DNA of 37,889 nucleotides, from positions 1-37,889 of the IMG/VR virus record IMGVR_UViG_3300009068_000085; one strand, written 5' to 3'. Every line of letters starts with the position of its first letter. Within the stretch, counting starts at the first letter, position 1. Shown here one piece after another: positions 1-10,900 of the stretch. The notes below the pieces were generated by a model, which saw nothing but the letters and a program-made list of their open reading frames with translations, made no database searches and was not told the origin of the DNA. The position numbers and the translations under genes are program-made. This DNA is from a virus. Its lineage: Duplodnaviria > Caudoviricetes.

Positions 1-255
1 GAGCAATACAAACTTCAACAGATTGCCGATGACATCGAGCAACACATTGTTGATAACGAAGATGTTGGCTGGGATTACAAATACAAAGACGAAACTATTG
101 CTGAATTTAAACGCGCAGTAGAGATGTTAAGAAGGGCATACATCTATGTACAAAGGATTGACTGGTTGGTTTCTGCTGATGACAGCGAGTCAACATTCCA
201 CAAACGTCTTAATCAACAACTGAAAGAATATGACGAGTCAACAAAAAGTTCTTGA
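1..255 (+). CDS. 5'-truncated hypothetical phage protein (...ETIAEFKRAVEMLRRAYIYVQRIDWLVSADDSESTFHKRL...)
   Basis: Frame 1 is open from base 1 to TGA at 253-255 (translated by hand, not in the ORF track). It overlaps the next ATG. Confidence 0.75.
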   Translation, partial: EQYKLQQIADDIEQHIVDNEDVGWDYKYKDETIAEFKRAVEMLRRAYIYVQRIDWLVSADDSESTFHKRLNQQLKEYDESTKSS

Positions 256-502
256 GTATTTAAAAGATAAGGGCGAGGTTATCTACAAAGACATGCAAGT
301 AGAGGGAGTGGAAAGGAAGGCATTGTCTGGAATACTCAAACGATTGTATGACGCGGGTTTGATAGTAAAGAAAGAGGTTAGAGAACAGAACAGAAAGTAT
401 TTGCTATATAGCGCAGGGCCGGAATCGGTTGAACCTGACTATTCTTACATCCTTAGAAACCTACCGAGGAACATTGATTATGGATATGGTGAATCACCCT
501 GA
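230..502 (+). CDS. small winged-helix DNA-binding protein
   Basis: QKVLEYLK...KALSGILKRLYDAGLIVK followed by a beta hairpin fits a wHTH pattern. Confidence 0.55.
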   Translation: MTSQQKVLEYLKDKGEVIYKDMQVEGVERKALSGILKRLYDAGLIVKKEVREQNRKYLLYSAGPESVEPDYSYILRNLPRNIDYGYGESP

Positions 503-698
503 GCATTACTTGAAAGGTGGTATCGAAACAATCGACTACCTAGAAGCGAAGAGCACACCGGCAGAATTTGCCGGGTATCTGCGTTTAAACTGTATGAAGT
601 ATCTGAGCCGCGCAGGTCACAAAGGCGACGCGGTAGAGGACTACAAAAAAGCTGCGTGGTATTTAAACAAACTTATTGAGGTGAGCGATGGAGGATGA
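480..698 (+). CDS. DUF3310 (SaV-like / T7 gp1.7-related) protein
   Basis: VNHPEHY..GGIETID...GY...N..KYL.RAGHK....EDYKKAAWYL signature. ATG at 480 preferred over the track's start at 429. Confidence 0.85.
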   Translation: MDMVNHPEHYLKGGIETIDYLEAKSTPAEFAGYLRLNCMKYLSRAGHKGDAVEDYKKAAWYLNKLIEVSDGG

Positions 699-858
699 AA
701 AGATTTACATAGCTGAGGCTGTGGTGCTTTTAAAGCAACTAACAACAAAGCTCGAAGAGCAGAGCGCATCAGGCGAAGACCTTATAGGCACCTTTGAGAA
801 GATTGCAAAGCTTGCAAAAAACGGAGCCTACTGGAGCGCATATGTTAGTAAACGGTGA
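688..858 (+). CDS. hypothetical 56-aa protein (MEDEKIYIAEAVVLLKQL...AYVSKR)
   Basis: ATG at 688 preceded by GAGGTG. It fills the gap between neighbours and is below the ORF-track cutoff. Confidence 0.6.
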   Translation: MEDEKIYIAEAVVLLKQLTTKLEEQSASGEDLIGTFEKIAKLAKNGAYWSAYVSKR

Positions 859-1039
859 GTTCGTAAAGGACTGGGACAAGTCCCGAATTGGGATCAGCTA
901 TCACCCTGTGTGGTATCGCCACGCATCAATGTGCTATGACATGCACAGGTTGCAAGACCATCTTATTTGTGGCGATCCTTTACTCCCGTCCGTATTCGAC
1001 AAAATCAAATCACTGGTGTTTCCATATCATGGGCAATGA
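842..1039 (+). CDS. hypothetical protein
   Basis: ATG at 842 preceded by GGAG; tiles with neighbouring genes. Confidence 0.55.
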   Translation: MLVNGEFVKDWDKSRIGISYHPVWYRHASMCYDMHRLQDHLICGDPLLPSVFDKIKSLVFPYHGQ

Positions 1040-1214
1040 ACTTATCGAAGCAGTTGAGCGTAGGTTATTGGAATCAAATCGTTATAGATGGTTGCGCCGC
1101 GAGTTCTTGGCGGGACGAGAGCGTGACATTTCAGAAGGTTTAAACAACGAACAGGAACTGGACGAATACATTGATCACAAAATCAGTGTGGAGTTTGGTG
1201 AGGCTGTTCATTGA
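1029..1214 (+). CDS. hypothetical protein with RYRWLR motif (Ead/Ea22-like C-terminal motif)
   Basis: MGNELIEAVERRLLESNRYRWLRRE...ELDEYID; tiles with neighbouring genes. Confidence 0.55.
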   Translation: MGNELIEAVERRLLESNRYRWLRREFLAGRERDISEGLNNEQELDEYIDHKISVEFGEAVH

Positions 1215-1215
1215 A

Positions 1216-1698
1216 TTGGACATACTGACGCCCAAGGGACAGAAGTCCCTCAGTGACGAGAGAGACGTTAAAAGATGGTTTGAGTCAACGTTCAATTTGA
1301 AGTACGTTGAAACCCCGAAGCATCGAGCCGCCTTTGTTGACGCAGTTATTATCAAAGAGAAGGTTGTGGCGGTAGTTGAAACCAAGTGCCGCTACAACAC
1401 ATCCTTAGATGACTTCAAGACAAAGTTCAGCAATGAGTGGCTGGTCACTTGGGAGAAGTTAAACTCAGGCATAAGGATCTCAAAAGATCTTGCCGTTCCG
1501 TTTTATGGAATTCTTTACTTGGTTGAGTCTGGTATTGTTATGACAATAGTGGTGTCTGACAGTTTGGGGAATGTTGTTGCCCCGCTTAGATTAGAAACAA
1601 CTGTCACTCAAGCAACTATCAACGGTGGCTCCGCAAACAGGACCAACGCTTTCATAAACATGAAAACCGCGAAGACATACAGCATTGACCAAAGCTGA
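1216..1698 (+). CDS. PD-(D/E)XK nuclease-fold protein
   Basis: E...VDAVII...VVETKCR matches the D...E-x-K catalytic pattern. Probable TTG start at 1216; the track starts at 1171. Confidence 0.7.
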   Translation: MDILTPKGQKSLSDERDVKRWFESTFNLKYVETPKHRAAFVDAVIIKEKVVAVVETKCRYNTSLDDFKTKFSNEWLVTWEKLNSGIRISKDLAVPFYGILYLVESGIVMTIVVSDSLGNVVAPLRLETTVTQATINGGSANRTNAFINMKTAKTYSIDQS

Positions 1699-1975
1699 AA
1701 AGAAATACATGAACTCCGTGGCGGAGCTTGGGTGCCTTGTCTGTAAAAGGATGGGTTATTCAGGAACCCCTGCGGAGCTTCATCATCCCAGAGCAGGAAC
1801 GGGTGGTGGTCGCCGCGCCAGCAACTGGGATGTAATACCTTTATGTCCTGAGCACCACCGAGGCAACACAGGAGTTCACGGACTAGGAACCAAGGGATTC
1901 CCTAAGCATTGGGGTTTCGATGAACAAGACCTATTAAAGGATGTTCAGCTTGCCCTCAATGGAACTCTTTTCTGA
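1685..1975 (+). CDS. ref: Ref-like (RecA-dependent) HNH nuclease
   Basis: VAELGCLVC...PAELHH...VIPLCPEHHRG..GVH matches the P1 Ref / DUF968-type motif set. Confidence 0.75.
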   Translation: MTKAEKKYMNSVAELGCLVCKRMGYSGTPAELHHPRAGTGGGRRASNWDVIPLCPEHHRGNTGVHGLGTKGFPKHWGFDEQDLLKDVQLALNGTLF

Positions 1976-4900
1976 TTGCCTTGATATCAGCGGTTAAAGC
2001 AACTTCGTATTGATGAAGCTCATCTAGGATTACGCGCTTTTCATCGCCACTCATATCTTTGTCTGCGTTAACCGCGCCGCGATATTCCCTAATCTGTTTC
2101 ATGCTCTTATCAATAGACCTTACAAAGTCTTTCAACATGTAAGTGTTCTCATTCTTTTTAAGATATTCCTCTAGCTTATCGGGATCGTTTCTTTCCAAGA
2201 AGTTAACTGTACGTACAACCTCATCGACCTCGTCTTTCAGATCGTAGTACTGAGCGACCGTACCAGAATCAGAGGCAAAGAACCTTTTAATAACAGGCAA
2301 CTGCTCTGCCCTTGTAGTGGCTTTAACGGGGTCTCCTTGGCTCGAAAAGACCGAGTCCAACATGTTGACCGCGTACATACCCATTGTGCCCGTGTAGCCC
2401 CGGATAACGTTGTCTATCTGTATTGGAGACATGCCGGTTTGTTCTCCCAGCCACCGCGCCCCAAGTGATGTGGATGCGGTGTACTGAAGAGGTTTAGCTA
2501 CATCCTCAAGACCGCGACCAACAATCTTCTCTCCGGTAAAGAAGGAATGATTGGTTATGTTCTCAGCGATAGGAATGAACGCTTGAGGGATCGGGTTGAA
2601 CTTGAGCGTATCTAAAATGTTGCGGGTAATTGATTCCCTAAGATCCTTCTCGGTGTCCTGACCCATTGTGTATTCTAGGATACGCTCAGGGAACACTTTA
2701 AACAGCACGCCAAGCTCGAACGGGATCGGGAACCGGAAAGGCTTGTCGTTGAAGGTCAGCCCCGGAACAATCCAGTACCCATCACGCTCTTCCTTTGTAA
2801 GCTTCTTGTACTCATCATCGTCATGGACCATCCACCAATACAATCCTGACAACACAAGGATGGATAGCGAACGAACAATGAAAGCTTTCTGCATCCGCTC
2901 TTTGTTGGCATTAGCTGCCTGACCAAACCCAGAACGGTAGAGAACATCCAAACCTTGGATGCGGGCGTTCATAAACGGAACGATTGCAGTGAAGATCTGC
3001 GTCACTTGGAAGTTGCCACGGCGGGAGAAGTTCATCACTTCCGATGCTTGGAACAGTGCCTCTGCTTCGTTGCCGGTTTCAGCCAATGTGCGCTTATAGA
3101 TCTCTGCGCGGGTTGCCAAGTCAGAAGCGTTAGAGCCTTGCTCAAGCATGTCCCAGAGAGCGGTAACTGGAAGCAAAGCTTTTTCAGTTGTAGTTCTGGT
3201 TCCTGTCTTAGCTCTCAAAGCCTTCTCAAAGGCTTCTGCGCTGTCCTTGAGGGAGCCTTTAAACTCATACCCACCTAAACCGGCCTTAGCCATAGCCACG
3301 GCTTCAGGGGATTGGTTAGCAAGAATCTTGCCAAACTGTTTAAACGAATCAATCACGGGCTTCATATCTGAACCCGAGGTAACCCATGCCGAGACAGAGT
3401 CACGCATGATGTTAGCCAGAATAAATCCGGGGTCCTTGGTCACGAAGTTCCGAAGCACATCCGCTGGTTTGGCAAGGAGTTGCAGCCACGGCATCCGGGG
3501 AACGTTTAAACCTTTAAACGCTTCAAAGAGCAGCGGGTCATCTAGTTCGTAATGTTTAGTAACGCCGTTCTCTTTAACGCTGACTGAGTCTTGATTAGGA
3601 ACGTTTACCTGCCGCGCAGTCCCAAGGTCGAGCGCATCTCTAATACCTCGATTCGCGGCAACGTTCTTCATACCAGCATCAACAGCGGCAGAAGCATTAC
3701 GTACCACGTTCTCAAGGAAGTCACCAAGAGGAATACCTTCAACCCTGACCGTTCCATTGATCTGGGCGGCGCGGCTGTTTGCATCGTTTTGGTTTTTATA
3801 TGAACCAACTTTGTTTCCGTTGGCGTCATAGACCGCATACGTCCCGGCACCCTTCAACGCTTTAGGTTTCTGAACCCCGGCAATCGCAGAGAAGATCTTA
3901 GGACCCACTGTGTCTTCGCCTTCCATCTGGCGATAGAACGGAATGTAATCCCCAAACTTGGTGAAGTACGCAGCATCGGCGGCAGACAGAACGCCGGTAT
4001 CTTTCATGTACTTAACAAGGGCATCATTCCATTTCTGATATTCCTTGTAGACCGCATCAAAATCTATGCCATCTCGTTTAAACTGCGCGGCCATAGCATT
4101 CGCTGCCTGTACGTCCGCTTGTGTAAACAGATGCTCGCGACCTTCGGCATCTAGTCTGGCTCCGCGTTTAGAGCCAGCGTAGAACTGGAAACATCTCCAA
4201 ACATCTGGATCACCAGTTGCAGCAAGTGGCGAAAAGATGTCCAGAAGACCTTTCTGTGTGCCGTTTAAATTGTCTGTGGTAGTGAAGCCGTTGCGGTAAA
4301 CCGGAACTCCGTCACGCATCGCGGCGGCAACGATTTGCTTCGACCGCATCGACTCCAACGCGGCGGCAGTGGCAGATACATCAGCCATGTACTCACGGTT
4401 ACCATACTTAGCTGCGCGGGCCTTGGTGCCTCTTTCAAGGGCTTCAAACTGGAAGATAAGACCAGCACGAAGCTTTGCACGGGTATCAGGATTAAAGATG
4501 CTAAGGATTCGATCCATGAACCCTTCGGTTTTTCTCTGCCCCGTAGTCGCATCAATACGTGCGTTAGTGGCGGCAGGAAGGTTTGCCCTGATGGAGTAAC
4601 GGATGTCTGGGTTGTTGATGTCGAACGTGCCGATGTTGCCGGTCGCAGATTTAATTTGCGATGGCTCATAAACGGCAAGGTTTCTTTCCTTTGCTTCGAT
4701 GACGTAGAAACCGTCATGCCCAAACTTCTTAATAAGTTTCTGAACTTCCGGCGATTCTATTGCTTCCCATACGCCATCTTCAATAGCATTCTTAAAATCC
4801 AATAGTCTAGTTTTTTCTATTGGCTCAAGCCCTAACTCATCATACAGTTCGTTTTGTTTCTTTTCAGAAAGCCTTGATACTGCATTTACAATTTTGTTTA

Positions 4901-7900
4901 CATGCTCTTCGTTTTTGTAGTCAAAAGGATTCTCTGCCCTTACATACACAGGCATTATGTTTTGACGCGACTCTAATCTAGCTTGTACTTCCTTAACTAA
5001 ATTGTTTCCAAAAGGAACATTAAGAAAGTGGGCTTGGGTAAGAAATCCGCCGGGACCTCTATAAAGAGTTTGCGAATTGTTTATGTTATCAAGAAGTCTT
5101 TTGACTGTAAGCTGCGGAAGTTCTTTTTTTGTTTTCTCTAAAACTTCAAGCAAAAGCTGTTTCTTTTCTTCATTTGAAAGTTTGTTTTCAAACTCTTTGA
5201 CCATGTACTTTTCTGAAAACCCAGAAAAGATATGAGCAAAGTCTGGGTTGTCAGTTACAAAAATGGCACCAGCTTGTTTAGGACGGAACGTAGTAATGTC
5301 ACGGGAAGTGCCGTGGTACATGACCTTGGGTTCGCCTTCTTTGTTGACTATCTTGCTCTTGCCAAACCACTGTTTAAACTCAGGAGTTTCAGTTTGAGCT
5401 GGGTTGGCGCGGAGGCTGTACTTAATCTTGTTGTTTACAAGCTTGCCTTCAGCACGAAGTTCGTTGGCAAGACCTTCGTACTTAACCGGCACGTTGTGGT
5501 TAAGGATGACCATCATCCCCATGCTAGGAACGGCGTAACCATCATAGCCAGCGTCAATTACCGCACTTTCAAACTCATTGGGTTCACTATTCTCACGGTG
5601 TAAACGGCGCATTGTTTCGCTGGGACCAAGAATATTCCCAAATGTCTGTGTGTAAACGTGCTGCCCCAAACCAGATTCTGGCCGGTTCATGTTTCCAAGG
5701 TTATTTGGAACATAGAAATAAACACGTTTCTTGATTCTAGAATCAAAACTCCGGGCAACGCGCTTTGCTTCTTCGCCACGAATGCCTGATCCGTACATGT
5801 TGCCGTTTAAATTGCTTAGTTTTTGTTTACCGTAGTGAACACCATTAAATGTCTGGGCGTCTTCCTGCTGCTTGCCAAGCACAATAGGCTTAAGCAAAGA
5901 TCGTTTCAAAGCCTGTTGTTGAAGATCTAGAGCCTGTTGGTATTCAACAAGAGGTGTTTTAGCAGCTTCTTCTTTGCCGTCCCCTTTAAAAGTTGGATCG
6001 TAAGCAAAGAACACCAAGTCTGGCTTTCCGTTCTGAAACTGCTTGAACTTATCGTAATCCCATATTTCGGTTGCAAAATCTGGGTTAAATTCAACCCTAG
6101 CAACGGGGCGGAACCCTGCCTTGCCAAGTACAGTAGGCATAACAGTGCGGTACGCATCAATACGGCGACCGCCTTGTTCTACAGCAAAACGTAATGTTGG
6201 GTAAGCCTGACCCCCGCCACCAGAAAAGAATGAACCAATCTCATCGCCAATCAACGCAAACCCAGATTCCTTATCCTCGGACAAGAACAATCTTGCGTTT
6301 TTATAAGTATCTACATCATGAACATGGAGAGGGAACGAATGTTTGCGACCGCGTTTGACTCGGTCAACGGCGTCCCTAAACATCTTTGCATCTTTCTTGG
6401 GGTCCAATTCTTGAAAGTCAGGTTCGTCTTTTGAAAACCCTTCAGTCAACGCCCATTCAGGCAGAAGCCCAACTTTTTGGTCGGCATAATGCGTGTCTGC
6501 ACCACTGGCAGTACGGTTGGCTTCTGCGTAAGGCCCAAAATTAACCCAAGAGTTTTGCCCTCTTGTTTCGCTGGTTATGGCTGCAACGGCTGATCCTGTA
6601 AACAAACGGGCGTGAGCTTGCCAAGCGTTTTCCTCCCCGTCCGCTCTAAACCCAGCGCCCTCAATACCGTGCCCAAATGCATCATGAACTGCGCGGAACA
6701 AGTCGTTTGCTAGGACTTTTTTCTTAGGTCCATCAAGACCGCCAACCGGCCATTCGTATTCTGTTTGCTCAAACAGAGGGTTTTCTTTGGGGTCAAAGTC
6801 TGAACTGCCAAACCCATCGTCAGTGGCAAACACTCCCATCTCTTGGTTTTCACGCAGATCGCGCATTGCATTCCAAGGAGATGAAATGTAGTCAAGATTG
6901 CTAGGATTATCCAAATCAACAAACCAAAACTTGTACCCAGCGTCAACTAACGCTTGATACTGTTCTTTAGTTTGTTGGATTAGATTTTGATACGCCTCTT
7001 TTACAACAGGATTTTGAGGATCATGTTTCATCTCCTCATAGGCGTCAGCAATGCGCTTGCCTCTTGCTGGGTCTACTTTGACATATTCTGATTGCCGCTT
7101 GAACGGGATTCCATTTCTTGCAGCCACTTTTTCAGCGACGGCGACAATTCGCGGGTCTGGCCCGTGTATTGACGGGACTGATGGAGCACCTTGTAAAGGC
7201 GCTTCAAAGCTAGGTCCGGTGAATCCTCGCTTTCTTCTGGCGTTCTCTTCGACTCCACCGCCGGGTCGAACGGCAGGTTTTGTAGATCGTAGGCTGTACC
7301 TTCCCTCTGCATTTTCAACAGCGTTCCCAGAAGGCTCATTGCCTTTTGCTCTTCCAAGCTCACTGAGAACCTTTCTTCCCCCGTCGCTGAATCCGTAGGA
7401 TGGCGCCGCTGTTCCGAGTTCTCGGAAGAGTCTTTGTTCGAAGAACCAGAGGAGTGACTGGACTTGGTAGTTTTTAACGTTTGCATTCTTGGCAACCTCA
7501 TTTACTAATCTCTTAACTACGCGGCGTTGCGGCTCTGTAGGTGCATCAACAATTTTACCGTTACCATCAACCATCGTACCAAAGTAGCGGTTGAAGGTTC
7601 TGGTCATCCATTTGTCTACGGTAACGTCATAGATACCGTTTAAGTTGGAACAGAACGGACCAACCTTTGGTCCAAACGCATAGAATCCAGATGCAGTATC
7701 TGTGGCTTTACCAGATACGCCGGGACCCATTCCCCCGTATATGCGTCGGTATTCGTTAACTTCCCTTACGGTGTGGTCACCTGTAATCCAATCAACGGTC
7801 GCCTGTTCCCCCAACTGCTGAAGCATGTTGTTAAGGAAATCAAGCTGTTTCTTTTTGTTTGCAGATTGAGTGCCGCCCTGCCAGAGACCTCCGGTGTCGG

Positions 7901-10900
7901 GGTTCTCACCGGGCATGGTGCCGGTGTCAATATAATGTTTAAACGCTTTGGCAGCGATGAACCAGTTGTCCCTTGCGTTTGTCTGGGGGGACATAATCGC
8001 GGCAACTATTGTAAATAATTGACGCTTTGATGCGCTTTTAAGTTCAGGGATTACCTTCTCTGTATCCTCAAACGCTTTCTTAACATCCTCTTCGTACCAG
8101 TCAAGGCCGGAGTTTGCCTGTTTAAGTTGGTACTCAACTTCCTTAGTCGCTATATCAACCGCACGGTCGTAGGCTTCCTTATTGTTGTAATCAAGGGGTC
8201 CGCCAAACTCTTGGGAGATAATGTTGTCGAAGTATTGCCCAACCGTATCTACGGTAACTTTTTTCCCAAGGTTAGGCTTGGATTTGCCTTCAATAATCTC
8301 TAAGCTTTTTGGCTTCTTGGTTTTCAGCGAGAACCTTTTTTGACGGGCTTGTCCTGTTCCTTCTCTAACCTTCCCTGCTTCAATGTTTTTGAAGACCGAG
8401 TCAGAAGTTCTGAACCCAAGACCTTTAAACGCATTCTTAATAGCGTCGAACATCTTGGAAAGCCGGTATCCCATGTTTCCAAAGAAACCAGCTTGAGGCT
8501 TCCAATACCGGAAAGCTTCAGCAATAGCTTCCTCTTGGATGTACTCATCAAACCCCGCAAGCGCCTTGGGGTCATTGTTGTTAAATTCTTCTTGTGTGAT
8601 TTCGCCGGTTTTTAATTTGTTTCTTTTATATATGTCTCGGTAGGCATCATACAAAGAGGTTTGTTTGCCCTTGTATTCAGTTGCGCGGTTCTTCATGTAC
8701 TGAGGAACCCACACTTCCTTGGCTTGTTTGTTTAGGACTGCCCACTCTTTAGCTGTGAAGGCACCCAACTCTTTGAGAGCATGGATAGATTCATGGCGCA
8801 GAACACCGAGATAGTTTCCGGGTTCGTTGTCCAGAGAGATTTTGATGACCCCCGCAGCATAGTTACCCTCTGCGTTGTTCTCAATCTCCCTTACGATGTT
8901 TAAAGCAACTCTCTCAAGGCCAAGCTTACGCAAAGCTGGCAGCAGTGCTTTTTCAAGTTCTGCTACCTTAGATTGAACATCAGCAGAAAAGATCCCAAGC
9001 TTGGCAAGCCGCTCACGGGCTTCTTCTTCAGTTCCAGTGAAGGCAACCTCAATCCCCGGCTCAGTTTTTCCGCGAGAAGCAAGCTCTGCCTCAGCCATCT
9101 TGGCAAGACGCTTTGGCCTTGCACCCTTTAACGTGGGGCCAATGTTTGCAATATTGGTTAACGTTTCATTGTTTAAACGTTGAAGTGCAAACTGATCTGC
9201 AAGTTCTTGGGTTGGAAACGAGGCAACAGCCGTATCGTTTTCAAAGTAAGTAAACCCTTCACGAACCAGAGGCGTTACAGACTTTGTAGGAATCACAGTT
9301 AAGGGTTCTCGCAGTCTGTTTAGCTCTTTCTTCAGTTCGTTAACTGAATCAACGTACCCTTGATTCTCTGCGTATATAGAAGCTTCCAACTGGGCAACTT
9401 CGTTTGTACGCCCCATGCCGGTTGCCTTTAACCTGCCAACTTCGTTCTGATTATCAAGAATCTTTTTGGAAAAAGCGGCAATTTTCCTTTCTAGTTTTTT
9501 TGCCTCTTCTTCTCTAAACTCAGCATAGGTTGCCGCGATCCTGTTTGCTTCTTCTTCTGTTTTTGCTACATCAGTAGGATTAACGTCACTTGCAGCCCTA
9601 ATCTCATACCCTTCGGGTTGGTCCCCTTCTTTAAACGTTCCCATGCGAACGTCGGGACCGCCGGGAAGCTGAGTGATTTCTCCGGGGAAAGTGATGTCTT
9701 CCCTAAACCCATCGCGAACAACGTAGTTATCCCCGAGCTTTGCAGCACCGCGCTTTGCGGCTTCCCTGCTATTGCTGACATACATAAGCTTGAAGATGTC
9801 GCCTTCTTGCTTTCCAACTTCGTATTGGGGGATACGCTTAGATTCAAGGTCGCCGTTTCTGATAGCGGTGCGAAGCAAAACGTTTGCGTCGTGATCATTC
9901 TCAAGGCCCGTGAAGTCCTTGATTTGTTGAATGACACTAGTCCTACCCAAGGAAGGAGTTTCGCCTTCTTTGGCAGAAGTTCGCTCAAGTTTAAAATTGA
10001 CGCCCTTTAAACCTTTTGCATACTGCGCGTCAGTGAAGCGGACGGCGTTGGTTCCCTCAGGGAGAACCCTAAGTTCTGGCGATTGCTCAAGTGCTTCAAG
10101 TGCTTTAAACGCAGAATGCAGTTGTGGCTGCGACATCTGGGCCAGATCTTCCTGCCCTGTTGCCCTGCGAAGGAAATCGGTAAACCCTTTGGTTTCTGTG
10201 TCTACATTGCGTTGTTGTGCAATGTTTGTCACATCCTCAGGGGACCACTTTACGTCGCCTGTGTATTGGGTTTTGTACGCAAGAAGACGATCAATCTCTT
10301 GCGGCGGGGCACCAGATTCAACAAGGTCTTCAATAGAGAATGCTTTGAGTTTGGGTTTGCCTTCTTCTTTCCTGCGGTTGTTAACAAACCTTATAATCTG
10401 TGGCGTGAGTTCGTTAGGCATTAGATTGCCTACCGGATTTTGAAGTGGGTCTTTCTCGACCGAATCTTCAACCGCAGGGTTATACCCAAGCCTTAAAGGC
10501 TCAACCGCTTTGGGTTCCGTGGGTTCTGGTATTGGCGGAGCTTCTGGTTTAAATGGCGCTTCTTGCCTTTGCAAAGCACCGGCGACGCCACCAAGACCAA
10601 CCCCACCAATAGCACCTAACGCCCCTGCCGTGCCAACTCCTTTGGTCAGGTCGTACTCAGGGTTGATGTCGCGCATCGCAAGGTTCTTGCCAAATGCGCC
10701 GCCAGCCTCTTCAAACCCTTCAGAATAAGCTTCTCCAAGTCCTGTCTTAACAGCACCGACAGCGCGTCCTGCAACACCTGCCTTACCTGCAAACGATTCT
10801 TCCAATCGCCGTGCGCCGGGAAGTTTCTGAGCAAGCAGCGACACCGCAGCAGCACTAAGACCAGAAGCTCGCGCAAGGTTTAAAGCCCTTTGCTTGGCTT

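Noticed and set aside
429-1215. Extended upstream starts given by the ORF track (429, 794, 888, 1171)
   Set aside because: They create long overlaps. Downstream starts (480, 842, 1029, 1216) tile better, and some have a clear RBS or family-consistent N-terminus.
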